Part shown: in pieces, positions 1 through 12,448 of the stretch
How positions within the stretch are numbered: position 1 is the stretch's first letter
Layout: each line of letters starts with the position of its first letter
DNA from: an uncultured Gemmatimonadales bacterium
GTDB taxonomy: Bacteria > Gemmatimonadota > Gemmatimonadetes > Gemmatimonadales > Gemmatimonadaceae
DNA: 64,000 nucleotides
Assembly (NCBI GenBank): GCA_963850905.1
Contig: CAWKMU010000003.1
Location: forward strand, 2,496,001-2,560,000
Reading direction: 5' to 3'
Translations under genes and position numbers: made by a program
The notes under the pieces: model-generated
What the model was told of the DNA's origin: nothing
What the model saw: the letters and a program-made list of their open reading frames with translations, nothing else
The model's database searches: none

Positions 1-819
1 TGCTCGCCGTCGCTGCAGCGGCCGCCAAGCGCACTGGAGCCGCGTTCGCCTTCGATTGCGAGGACCTCCTCGCCGAAGAGGCGGCAGATGGAGGGCTCGC
101 CCCGTGGCGGCAGCGCATGATCGCGAGTCTCGAGCGCGAGCACTTGCCGCGTGCGGCCTATGTGTCAGCCGTCTTCGGCCCCGATGGCGTCGTATCTCCA
201 CGAGACATACGAGTTGGGCGACGTGGCGGTCTGGCACAACTGCTTCCCGGCGGCAGAGACGGCCGCCTTGACCATACCGTCTTCTCGCCCGGCCAGCTCC
301 ATCGCGGAACTCACGTGGCTATCGGCCACGATCGGGCCGCGGCGTGGCCTCGAGGACGTCTTTGCCGCCATGCATCGACTTCCGGACACGGTGCGACTGC
401 ACCTATACGGTGCGCTGCCTGCGGGCCACGTTAAGTGGTTCGAGAGCCATGCAGGCGCATTGGTTCGTCGTGGAGCGGTGGTGCATCAACCGCTTCCGGT
501 CGCAGAGCAAGTGATGGCGACGGTGGCCCGGCACCATATCGGGTTGACGCTCGATCCAAATGATTGCCTGAATCGCAGCCTTACCGTGTGCAACAAGCTC
601 TTTCTCTATCTACAGGCCGGCCTGGCATGCATTGCCAGTGACACGCCGGGGCATCGGTCCGTGCTCGGCGCAGAAGGGCCATGCAGCGCGGTCTATCAGC
701 CGGGTAACGTTGGGGCGCTGGCGAGTGCGCTGGAACGCTTGCGAGAGCCAGGGGAACGCCTTGCGGCCCAGCTATCGGCGTGGGAACTAGGCCAGCGGAA
801 GTACGCGTCGGGATGCTGA
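1..819 (+). CDS. Glycosyltransferase (GT4-like), 5' partial, frameshifted
   Basis: ORF 151..819 has a GT-B C-terminal pattern (HIGLTLDPNDCLNRSLTVCNKLFLYLQAGLACIASDTPG); upstream frames continue the coding signal. Confidence 0.7.
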
Positions 820-892
820 GCAGCCTCGGTTCCTCGAAGCAGTCGCAGGAGCGCTTCGCGGGGCCAGCCAGCATGGGGCGGTCAGGTAGAGG

Positions 893-2213
893 GTGGGCAA
901 CACGGCTCCCGGACGCACCTGCATCGTGGTCGCCCCGTTCTTCCCGCCGTCCGGACTCCCGCCGGCCCACCGTGCGCGGTTGTTCGTACGTCACTTGCCG
1001 TCTTTTGGTTGGACGCCAATCGTTGTCACGGTCGACGATCGAGATCGCGAGGAGCCGCTGGAGGCTGCACTTGAGCAAACGGTGGCCGCCGACATCAGGG
1101 TCGAGCGAGTCCGCGCCGTGCCTGGCTGGTTCAGCCATCGACTGGTGACCGGCGACCTCGGTCTTCGGGCGTTACCGGCGCTTGGATAGGCGTGTCATCC
1201 GCGTCAGTCGAGAGCTAAAAGGCGCGGTGGTGCTCCTCATCGTGCCCCCGTGGTATGCCCTGTGGCTGGCACCATTCATCGCACGAGCGGCTCGTGCGCC
1301 GGTGGTGGTCGACTATGTCGATCCGTGGCGCATTGAGCAGACTGGCACATTCAAGAGTCGGCTCGCAGGTTGGATTGCCGCTCACACCGAGGCAGCTGGC
1401 CTTCGCGGAGTCAGCGGTCTCTTGGCGGTCGCAGACCCCATCATCGAGGACGTCCGACAACGGTGTACCGCCCTCCGCTCCCGCGCCGGCAGCCGCTGCA
1501 CCCTATGGATTCGAGGCAGCCGATTGGACCCTCGCGCCCGACGGAGCGCCGAGTGCAGCTGTGCCGAGTCGCGACGCTGTTCCGATGATCTACGTCGGCG
1601 CGATCTCGGACGCACAGTTGCCCGTGCTCGCCGCGTTCCTTGACGCAATGCGAGACCTCCGGCACCGGGAGCCGGTGCGCGCCGCCCGGCTCCGGTTGGA
1701 GTTGTATGGGACAACCTATGCGACTGGTTCCGCGATGGCGCCGCGGGCAGCGGACCTCATAAGGGAGCGGGGGCTCCAGGACTTGGTTGTCGAGTCGCCA
1801 CCGCGAATCCCCTACGTAGAAGCCCTTCGCCTGATGGCCCATGCCGGCGCTAACATCGTGCTTGGCGACACGACGCGTTACTACGCCGCTTCCAAGCTCA
1901 TGCCCGTACTGTCCGCGCGGCGGCCTGCTCCTTGCGGTGCTTCATGAGGAGACAGAGCCCGCGCGGACTCCTCCAGCGACTGGCATGCCCAAGGTCTCGT
2001 CTGTTACGGAACGCCGGCTGCGCCGTCTCCTAGTGCGGCGGTATCCGCCATTTCCCAATTGCTTCTCGATCTCTGCTGCCCAGAGGATCCCTGTTGTGAC
2101 GTGCGATTTCGCTAGCGACCCGGCCCTCGCCGGCCGGACTGCCCAGCACATGACCGGTGTGTTGGCCAATGTCCTCGAGAAGGGTTTCCGAGGGGCGGAG
2201 GACTGCCGCGTGA
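893..2213 (+). CDS. Glycosyltransferase family 4-like, split by frameshifts
   Basis: Fragments VVAPFFPPSGLPPAHRARLFVRHLPSFGW, VVVDYVDPW and IYVGAIS...YAASKLMPVL across ORFs 893..1189, 1182..1643 and 1255..1947. Confidence 0.7.
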
Positions 2214-3229
2214 CTGGGCGACGTCTTTGCGGAGCTCCGCGGAGCCCGCGTCCTGGTCACTGGGGGGCTTGGGCTTCATTGGCGCCCATGTTGTGTACCC
2301 ACCTCGTACGCGCTCTCGGTTGTCATGTCACTGTCTCTGGATGACCTTTCCAACTCTACGGCAGCCGCCCTGGCCCATCTGCCGGAGCTGGAATGTGGTC
2401 ATTTGCGATGTCCGCGACGCCTCGGTGGTAGAGCCGCATATCCGATCCAACCCGTGGGTGCTGCATCTCGCGTGTCGCACCATTCTTACCTGTGCGGACG
2501 ACCCGGATTCCGATCTGTCCGTCAACGGACTCAGTACTCTGCGAATCCTCGAGTTTCTCCGTCGCGAACGGCCGTCGGGACTTCCGGCGCTTCGTCTATG
2601 CATCGTCGACTTCGATCTACGGGAATTGTCGCCATATCCCGGCGGACGAGCTCGACCCACCCAATATTCTCAATCACTACGCGGCAACGAAATTGCTTGG
2701 CGAGAATTACACGACCCTGTATTACATGGCGTACGGCGTGCCGACAGTTTGCGTGCGGTGCTCCAACGTGTATGGGCCAGGTCAAACGACGAGCGATCCA
2801 TACTGTGGTGTGATCGGCAAGTTCTTCGACGCTGCGGAGGCCGGCCGTCCGCTTGCCGTGCACGGGGACGGGGAGCAGACCCGGGACTACGCATACGTCA
2901 ATGACGCGGTCGAAGGAACGCTTCGCGCAACCGCCGCGCCGCAGGCACTCGGGGACGTCTTCAACATCGGCACGGGCGTGGAAACCTCAGTGAACACGCT
3001 CGCCCACGAGATTCGTGCACTGACCGGCGGGCGGGCGCGTATCGAATACATCGACCGCCGCGACATCGACAACATTCGGCGGCGGGCGCTTAGCCCGAAA
3101 AGATCCGCGTCCGGCTCGGCTGGCAGCCGCAGATCCGTCTGCGAGAGGGCTTACAACGCACGGCAGAGGCCCGGGGGGGAGGGGGGGGCGCAGTGGCCAG
3201 TGCCGGCGCGGGGGAGAGCTGCCACCTAA
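2210..3229 (+). CDS. NAD-dependent epimerase/dehydratase (extended SDR), frameshifted
   Basis: VLVTGGLGFIG Rossmann motif, YAATK (YxxxK), NVYGPGQ, VHGDGEQTRDYAYVND, FNIGTG; 3' end uncertain. Confidence 0.85.
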
Positions 3230-3274
3230 TTCTGTGCCGACCGTCGCTTCCTAGGTTGGTGGAAAATATACCCA

Positions 3275-4552
3275 ATGCAGGCCTATCCGTCGATTGATTA
3301 GGGCAATCCTCGCAAAGGGCCCCGTCGCAGCTCCGGAGTCATTCGGTTCTTCGGTTAGCTGTATTGGCGGACGCATCCCATTCAGTATCACGCTCCCTGT
3401 ACCGTGCACTAGCAGCAGTCCCGAACGTGGACCTAACGGTCTACTTCGCCCGCCGCCCGTCGTCGACCGAGCAAGGCTTGGGATTCGGCATACCGTTCTC
3501 TTCGGGATGATGACCTGCTGGGAGGTTATCGAGTCGAGTGGTTGTGTAACAGGGCCAATGATCGAAGAGCGGCGACGTGCATTCGGCCTTTTCGCGACGG
3601 ATACGCGGACTACGACACGCCAGAAATTGCCGGCATTCTAACGAGGCTGAACGCTTCGACGCCGTCTTGCTGCACGGCTGGCGGGTGCGATCAATTGGCA
3701 GGCCATTCGGGCGTGCCGTGCTCGAGGATGCCGGTATTGGTGCGGGGTGATTCGCAACTGGCGGGCGACGGGGTGCGGTCAAGCGCTCCTTGAAGCGACT
3801 TGTGTATCCGACATCTGTTGCGACAGTTCGCAGTGTGTCTGAGCGTAGGGGAGCGAAACGAGGCATACCTCCGCTACTACGGCGCGACGCAGATTGCGCG
3901 GTCGCCGCACTGCGTCGACAACGACCTATTTGCACGGCGCGCAGCCGAGAGCGCTGCCGCGGCGCATCACAAGTGCGCCGCGGGGCCTGGGAAATTGCAC
4001 CTGACGCTCTCGTTCTCGCGTTTGTGGGGAAGCTCGTAGACGTTCAAACGCCCGCTGGATCTGATCCAGAGCAGTTAGAGGACTGCCGCGAATTCACCTT
4101 CTGTTCGTTGGCAATGGGCCACTGCGCAACGACTGTTACTGAGTTGGCTCGAAAACTTGGTGTTGCCGGTGACGCTCGCAGGCTTTCTGAACCAGTCAGT
4201 CATTCCGGAAGCCTATGTGGCCGCCGACGCACTCGTCCTCCCTGCCTCCGGACGAGAGACCTGGGGCCTAGTCGTCAACGAGGCGATGGCATGTGGCCGG
4301 CCGGCGATCGTCTCGGACGCGGCGGGCTGCACACCCGATCTGATTCAGGGCAAGCACCGGATACAGCTATCCTGCAACAACGACGTTGGCGCAGCTTCGG
4401 CGCCGAGTGCAGCAGTTCCTCGAGCGAGCTCCGGATCAGGCCAAGTCGATTGGGCTATCGCCGCGGGCCAGCATGTCGCGCACTACACGCCACAGGTGGC
4501 AGCAACCGCCATCGTGCTGGCGGCACAGGACCGCTTTGGCGGAGAGGGCTAG
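3275..4552 (+). CDS. Glycosyltransferase family 4, frameshifted
   Basis: THPIQYHAP-like N-terminus; AFVGKL; GFLNQSVIPEAYVAADALVLPASGRETWGLVVNEAMACG (EX7E motif). Confidence 0.8.
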
Positions 4553-4558
4553 TCCGTA

Positions 4559-6065
4559 ATGCCAGAACAAGACAACCACCCCGTTACTCGCTGGCAACAC
4601 GATTCTGCTTCCGGATGATGGGCTCGGTCGGCGCCCGTCGCGTCGCGAGTGTACTTCCTCCCGTGGACGTCTTTGGGCATTCATCATCGTTGTTCGCCTC
4701 GCTCGTGACGGCAATGTCTGCCAGTGCCTTCGCGTACGACTCGCTCTGGATCGGCGTGAGGCATCTGGGCAACTGTCGGCCGTCGGGCTCCATACGGCTT
4801 TCGTCGCGGGTGTCAGTGCCCTGGATACCAGGTGTCATCGCTCGTCGCGCGCTGCAGTGGGTGATCGGGGCGTGGGCCGGCTACCACGTGGCCGCGCACC
4901 GCTCTATACGTCGCCATGGCCGTACGGCCGGCGACTACTTCAGCTACACGGTCCCAGCGACGCTGCTCCTCGTCGCTCGGCCTCTATCTGCCGCTGTGGC
5001 GGATGGGCCGGCGAGTGCCCCGCGCGCCACGCCAGTGCTGCCGCCGATTTCGTGCACACGTGCGACATCATGGTCGTCTGTCGGGTTCGTGGCGAGCGTC
5101 GTGCAGACCCGGCGTGCCGGTCTCGCTGCAGTACGCCTGTGTTGCTCGTCGGGTACCTCGAGCTTCGTCGGGGCATTCGCTCGGCTCGCCAGGCGCACGG
5201 GTGGGGATGGCGCCTCGCGGCCGTGCTTGCCCTGCGGGCTATCCTCTCGTCCAGCGACGGCATGTTCCACGAGCTCCTGCTGTGGATCGCGTACTCGGTC
5301 ACGCTACTGGCTTCGTGCTTCGCTGGCGGGCGCGCACGCTTGCTGATCGCGGCCCTCGCGCTGGTCGTCATGGGCACGCTCAACGAGATCAAGATCGACT
5401 ACCGGGTCGAGCTAGACGAGAACCCGGATATGTGGGTCGACGAGCGCGTCGAGCCTGGGCCACGCATTCGCCAATCAGTTCCAACAGCCGACTCGGACCG
5501 TTCAGCGATCGCTCGCTCTCTCGCACGGTGGCGCGCATCAATCAGGGGTGGATCATCTCCCGTACGCTCAACTGGGTGCCGGCCCGCGAGCCGTTCGCGC
5601 ACGGCGAGACGCTGATCGACGCGCTCCGCGCCGCCTGGTGCCACGATCCTCGATCCCGGCAAGTACATGGCCGGTGGACCGGTACTTCGAGCGATTCACC
5701 GGGCTGCCGCTATCGGCACCAGCATGAATCTCAGCGTGGCCGGCGAGATGTACGCCAACTTCGGGCAGAACGGCGGACTGGTCGGCGTCTTCATGTTTCG
5801 GGATCCTGCTCGGGCTCGTGTACCGCGTGTTCGCGCGGTGGGCCATCGGAACCGCTCTGGTGGGCGTGGGCCCCGTACGTGATGCTCTACACGATGCAGG
5901 CGGAGAACGGCATCGGTGAAGCCGTCAACCACGTGGTCCGATCAGCCTCGTCATGGTGGCCTTCATGTCGGTCGTCCCGGCGTGGGAACCGCGCTGCGCC
6001 AATGGCATCTGCGCGGACCTGTTCGGGCGGGCGGCCCGAGGTACTGCATCGACGCGCCGCCGTGA
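4559..6065 (+). CDS. Polytopic membrane protein, putative Wzy-like polysaccharide polymerase, frameshifted
   Basis: Multiple hydrophobic segments; RINQGWIISRTLNWVPAREPFAHGETL and SMNLSVAGEMYANFG fragments; position among GT genes. Confidence 0.5.
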
Positions 6066-7217
6066 GGGTGCTGCACGTCATGCCGAGCCTCGGCGCGCGG
6101 CTACGGCGGACCGGTCGAGGCGCTGATCGGGTACGTCGTGGCGGGGCGACTGGCGGCGATCACTCGGCAGATCGTCGGGCCGCGGACGACGCCGGCGATG
6201 ACTCCCGTGGCTCCAGACGACTGCCGGACACTGCCGATGACGCAGGCCGGGCGGCGGCGGGGGCCTGTGGCGCTCGGGCGCGCAGCTGTCGATGCGCGGC
6301 CGCGCGTCGACTGCGGGGGCGGGCGCGACGTCGTGCATGTGCACGGACTGCTGAACCCGATCAGCTCGGGCGCCGCGCGGGCGGCGATCAGCCGCGGCGT
6401 CCCGGTCGTCATTGGCCCGTTCGGGACGATGTCCCGATACACGTTCGCCCACCGCCGGACCTCGCGAAGCGGATGTACTTTCGAGCGGTCGATGCGCCGA
6501 ACCTCCGCCGGGCGGCCGCACTTGCATTTCACGACGCGGCCGAGCGTGAGGAAGCGCAGTGGCACGGAATCGACGGCACCGGGCGCACATGTCGTGCCGC
6601 CGCCGTATCGCGGCGTGCCGGTACCGCCGGAGCGCCACCCGGCTGCCACGGCGTGCGCCGCGTCCTCTTTCTCGGGCGGCTGCATCCAGTAAAAGGCGTC
6701 GACGTGCTGCTCGACGCTGGGGCGATTCGTCGCGACGCATCCGATGCGCGAGCTTGCGATCGCGGGGCAGGGCACGCCCCGGTACAAGGCGGAGCGCTGC
6801 AGCGCGGCCCGACTTGACTGCGGACGCCGCGCGTCGGTGCGGTTTCCCGGATTCGTGCGAGGGGCGGACAAAGTGGCGCAGCTGGCGGGGCCAGCGTCTT
6901 CGTACTGCCGTCGCTTCACGAGAACTTCGGGATCGCGGTGCTCGATTCCGTCGCCGCGGGCGTGCCGGTCGTCGTGACGCCGGGCGTCCAACTCGCCCCG
7001 TGGGTCGAGGCGGCGGGAGGCCGGCGTCGTGGCGGAGCGTACGGCCGCGGCGGTCGCGCGACGCGATTGTCGGTGCCTCGACGACGCCGGCTCCGGGCGC
7101 GGTCGCCGCGCGGGGCGCGACGTCGTGGACGCGGATTTCGCGCCGCGCACCGTCGCGCCGGCGCTGCGGGCAATGTACGACGCGGCGCTCGCCGCGCGGC
7201 ACGGAGGCCCGGAGTGA
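6062..7217 (+). CDS. Glycosyltransferase family 4, frameshifted
   Basis: VRVLHVMPSL start; DVVHVHGL; VLFLGRLHPVKGVDVLL; ENFGIAVLDSVAAGVPVVVTPGV. Confidence 0.8.
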
Positions 7218-8995
7218 CCTCAGGGCGCGCCGGTCCACGTCCTGGGCATCAACGCGTACCACGGCGACGCGTCGGCGGCGCTTGATGCGCGACGGCGTGC
7301 TGTCGCGGCGGTCGAGGAAGAGCGGTTCCGGCGCATCAAGCACTGGGCGGGGTTCCCGCGCTGGAGCATCAGTCGCGTGCTGCGCCGGGCGGCATCACGG
7401 GCGCGACGTCGATCACGTCGCCGTGAGCCGCGATCCCGCGCGCGCACCTGCGCGCAAGGCGTGGTACACGATCGCGCACCGACCCGACACGCGCCTCGTC
7501 CGGACCGGCTGCGGAATCGCCGGCGGTCGGCGATCTGACGCGGCCCGCTCGCCGAGCGCTCGGCGTGCCGCGGACGACTGCCCCGCGTGCATTACGTCGA
7601 GCACCATCGCGCGCATCTGGCGAGCGCGTTCTTCGTGTCGCCGTTCGCCGACGCCGCCTGCTGCGCCATCGACGGGTTCGGCGACTTCGTGAGCACATCG
7701 TCGCGGCCGGGGCGCGGCACGCACATCGACGTCCTCGACCGCGTCTTCTTCCCGCATTCGCTCGGCATCCTGTACACGGCGGTCACGCAGTATCTGGGCT
7801 TTCCCGGCTACGGCGACGAGTTCAAAGTCATGGGGCTCGCGCCCTACGGAAAGCCGACGATGGTCGACGAGCATTCGCCGGCTGGTACGCTGCGACCGGC
7901 GGGCGGTTCGAGCTGGACCTCCGGTACTTCCGCCATTGGTCCGATGGCGTCGACCATGGAGTGGGAGGACGGGTACCCGACGCTGGGGCCGGTGTACACG
8001 CGCGGCACTCGAGCGAGCTACTCGGACCGGCCGCGAGGCCGACGAGCCGCTGACCACGCGGCCACGAGGACATCGCGCACTCGCTGCAGGCCGTCTACGA
8101 GGAGTGCGCGATGCACGTGCTCGACGGGCTCTGGGAGCGGACGCAGAATCCCGCGGTTGTGCCTGGCCGGCGGGTGCGCCATGAACAGCGTCGCCAACGG
8201 GAAGATTCGCGCGCACACGCCGTTCCGCGAGGTCTACATCCAGCCGGCAGCGGGCGACAACGGAACCGCGCTCGGCGCGGCCTACCACGTGTGGCACGGG
8301 TGCTGCGCGGCGAGCGCGGATTCGTCATGGACACGGATACTGGGGCCCCGCGCACGACGACGCCGAGACATCGCGACAGCTGCGAGTCGCGAGCCCGATC
8401 CGATGCACGGATTCGCAGGTCGAGCGCTCGCTTCGCCCGACGGCGGCGCGCGCGCGACCGCGCGACTCATCGCCGATGGCAATGTCGTCGGCTGGTATCA
8501 GGGCCGCATGGAATGGGGCGCGCGGGCGCTCGGCAATCGCAGCATCGTGGCCGATCCGCGGCGCGCGGACATCCGCGAGATCATCAACACCAAGATCAAG
8601 TTCCGCGAGAAGTTTCGTCCCTTCGCCCCGTCCGTCGCGGTCGAGGCGCTGGACGATTACTTCGTCGGATGCGGTGCCCGGATCCGTTCATGATCCAGGT
8701 CTATCCCGGTGCGCCCGGAGAAGCGCGGCGTCATCCCGGCGGTGACGCACGTGGATGGATCAGGGCGGCTGCAGACGGTGAGCGCAGACACCAACCCGCT
8801 GTACTATCGCCTGATCAAGGAGTTCGAGGCGCTGACTGGAGTGCCGATCGTGCTCAACACGAGCTTCAACGAAAACGAGCCGATCGTCGACACGCCGCGC
8901 AGGCGCTCGACTGCTTTCTGCGCACCAACATGGACGCGATCGTGCTCGGACCGATCGTCATGCGGCGGCTAGCGCTGCCGTCGCACGCGGCGTGA
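7214..8995 (+). CDS. O-carbamoyltransferase (NodU/CmcH family), frameshifted
   Basis: [119 protein letters not shown]. Confidence 0.92.
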
Positions 8996-10095
8996 CTACA
9001 CCGTCGGTCGCGCCGGGGATCGCGGCGGTCAGCTTTGCCGGCACAGGCGGGGGACTGGCCTATGTTGCACGCCTGCTTCGCCGGTGCACCCGACGGACTG
9101 GCAGCGGGAACCCGTGGACAGCGGCGCTCGACCCGGCGCGGTACGGCGCGGTGTCCGCGGCGAGCGAATGCCGCTTCGTCGCGCGGGTGCCGCCGCCCAG
9201 CTCGCGGGTCGGGTCGACTGGCTGGCGTTCAACCACGTCGGGATCGCCCGCGTTCAGCGATTGTTCCCCCGGCCGTGCGCCGCCCGTACGTGGTGTTCGT
9301 CCACGACGTCGAGGCGTGGGACCCGGCTGGTCCCCCGGACCGGTCGACGACACTGCGGGCCGCGGCGCTTCGTGTGGCCAACTCCCGTTACACGGCCGAC
9401 GCGTGTCGCGCAGGCCCACCCAGATTGGGCCGGTGCTCGCGTGTCCGCTGGGACTGCTCGCCGACGATCCCGGCGGCGCAGCGCAACTCCGACGGCCAGG
9501 GCTTGCGCGCGGGGCGTCCGGGGGACCGGCCTGAGCGAGCTCATGAGATCGGGCCCTCAGCGTGCTGATCGTGGGTCGGCATGCAGATGAAGAGCGGTAT
9601 AAGGGGCATGATGAGCTGCTCGAATGCTGGCCCCAGTCGTGGCGCGGGTGCCGGGTGCGCAGCTGGTTGTGGCCGGACTGGGGAACGACGTGCCCCGGCT
9701 CCAGGCCAAGGCGCGTGCCCTGGGGGTGCCACGCGTCGTATTCTGTGGGTTCCTCCCGCGCGACGCACTGACAGTGCTGTGGAGCCGAATCGCCGTGTTC
9801 GCAATGCCGAGTGCGCGAGAGGGATTCGGCCTCGTGTATCTGGAGGCGATGCGGGCCGGGCGACCCTGTATTGGGTCGACCAGCGACGCGGCAGGTGACA
9901 TCATCGTCCATGGCGAGACGGGTTGCTGGTGGACCGGGCGGATGGTCCGCATTGGCGGGGGCATCTGTGATGTTGCTGACGCAACGGCGCGCGGCGGGGG
10001 GCGATGGGAGAGGCGGGCCGTCGAAGGTTTCTGGCGGATTTCACGGCCGATCGGTTTGCGGCTCGTTTCAGCGATACCTTGACGACACCCAATGA
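8992..10095 (+). CDS. Glycosyltransferase family 4, frameshifted
   Basis: LIVGR..ERYKGHDELL; FAMPSAREGFGLVYLEAMRAGRPCIGS. Confidence 0.8.
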
Positions 10096-10108
10096 GCGGA
10101 CACCGTCA

Positions 10109-11100
10109 ATGACTGCACAGCCGCGACGCGCCATCGTGACCGGTGCCGGTGGATTCATCGGCCATCACCTGGTCGCGCGCCCTCAAGGCGGACGGGTATG
10201 GGTGCGTGGCGTCGATCTCAAGTATCCCGAGTTCGGAACGACGGTCGCCGACGAGTTCGAGCTGCTCGACCTCCGCCGGTGGGAGCAGTGCGAGACCGCC
10301 ATGCGTGGTGCGCGAGGGGCTGAGGTGTACAATCTGGCCGCGAACATGGGCGGCATCGGCTACATCGAGCATAACAAGGCCGTGATCATGCACGACAACG
10401 TGCTGATCAACACCCACGTGCTCGAGGCGGCCCGCGCAGGAGCAGGCGGCGCGATATCTCTACACGTCGTCGGCGTGCGTGTATCCGCTGTACCGGCAGC
10501 AGTCGCCGGATGTCACGCCGCTGCGAGAGGAGGACGCGTATCCGGCCGATCCCGAAGACGGATACGGGTGGGAGAAGCTGTTCAGCGAGCGGCAGTGCCG
10601 GCACTACTGGGAGGACTACGGGCTCGAGACCCGGGTGGTGCGGTTCCACAACATCTTCGGTCCGCTCGGGCACGTACGACGGCGGTCGCGAGAAATCGCC
10701 GGCCGCCATCTGCCGCAAAGTCGCGCTCGCGCGCGACGGCGGAGAGATCGAAGTCTGGGGAGACGGATCGCAGACCCGTTCCTATTGCTACGTCGACGAT
10801 GCGGTCGAAGGCATGCGGCGCCTGATCCATTCGTCGCACCGTGATCCGCTCAATCTCGGCCAGGAGCGGCTGATCTCGATCAACGAGCTGGTGGACCTCG
10901 TCGCGCGATCGCCGGCAAGCGCATCACGCGGCGACACGTCCGGGCGCGCTGGGTGTCCGGGGCCGGACGAGCGACAACACGCGACTGCGCGCGGTACTGG
11001 GCTGGGAGCCGGCCGTGTCGCTCGAAGAGGGCATGCGGCGGACGTACGAGTGGATCGCCGCCCAACTCGCGGCCCGGGTCGCGGCGCGCCCGCACCATCG
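10109..11100 (+). CDS. NAD-dependent epimerase, GDP-mannose 3,5-epimerase-like, frameshifted
   Basis: VTGAGGFIGHHL, NLAANMGGIGYI, AYPADPEDGYGWEKLFSE, RFHNIFGP, GREKSPAAICRKVA, EVWGDGSQTRSYCYVDD; 3' boundary unclear. Confidence 0.85.
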
Positions 11101-12410
11101 CGCGCGCCCGCCGTTGCTCCGCTTCGTTAACCAGCACTACGCGCCCGACGTCGCCTCGACGGGGCAGCATCTCACGGATCTCGCCGAGTATCTTCGGCGG
11201 CGGCGGGTGCCCGTCGAAGTCGTGACCGGGCGGGCGCATTACGCGGGCGGCGTGCTCGACGCGCCCGGCACGAGGTCCGCAACGGCGTGCGGGTCCGGCG
11301 ATTCCGGACCGCGGGTTCGGCCGCAGGTCGCGGCTCGGGCGGATCGTCGACTACGCAATGTTCTACGTCCAGGTCGCCTGGACATCATGGTGGGCGAGCC
11401 GGCCGGACGGGACGGTCTACCTGACGACGCCGCCGCTGCTGGGCGTCATCGGATGGATCGGCAAGCTGGCTCCGCGGGCGGCGGTACGGGATCTGGTCGA
11501 TGGATCTGCATCCCGATGCCGAAGTCGCGGCGGGGATGCTGCGGGCCGGCGGCATCCGTGGCGCGTATCTCAACTGGCTCAACGATCGTGGATACCGGCA
11601 CGCGGACTTCATCGTCGATCTGGGTCCCTACATGCGGCAGCGGATCCTGGCCAAAGGCGTCGGCTCCCGAACGGCGTCCACGGTGCCCGTCTGGGGCGCT
11701 GCGCCGCGGATCGCGCCGCGGTTGCCGCGACCGCGGCTCCCGCGCGTGCAGGCGCTGCGCGCCGCTGGGGGTTGGCAAAGGGTGTGGTGATGTATTCCGG
11801 CAACGCGGGCGTCGTGCACGAGTTCGGCCCGATACTGGATGCGATGCGCCTCATGCGCGATGACCCGACCGTATATTTCGTGTTTGCTGGCGGCGGGCCG
11901 CGGCGCGCGCGAGATCGAGGCGTTCGCCCGGCACGCAGCGATCTCGGAATTTCACGTACATCGACTATGTGTCGCGCGAGGACTGGTCGCGGACGCTGGC
12001 CGCCGCCGACATTCATCTCATTTCGCTTTGCGCCGCCTTCGCGGGCATCTCGGTTCCCGGGAAGCTGTACGGCATCATGGCGGCCGCGCGTCCCGCGCTG
12101 TTCGTCGGACCTGCCGCGTGCGAGACCGCGGACACGATCCGCGCGGCGGACTGCGGGGCGATCGTCGATCCCGGCCGACGGTGGTGCGGCGGACGCGTCG
12201 TGGCCGCGATTCGCGCATGGCGCGCGATCCCGGGGCTGCGCGGGCGGCGGGGGCGCGCGGATCGGCGGCGTACTCTCGCGAGTACCAGCGCGGACCGAAC
12301 TGCGCGGCATTCGCCGAAGTCTTGCCGAGCGTGGCCGGACATTGCGCACGGCGCCACGGAACGGTGATCACCCGCAGGCAGATTGCGACACTACGGATGC
12401 GTCTCAGTGA
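11101..12410 (+). CDS. Glycosyltransferase family 4 (WcaI-like), frameshifted
   Basis: FVNQHYAPDVASTGQHLTDLAE, TTPPLL, MDLHPD, VMYSGNAG, ADIHLISL...GISVPGKLYGIMAAARP. Confidence 0.8.
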
Positions 12411-12448
12411 TTTACCCATTCGCGACCGCGCGGGAGTGCCAGTATCGC

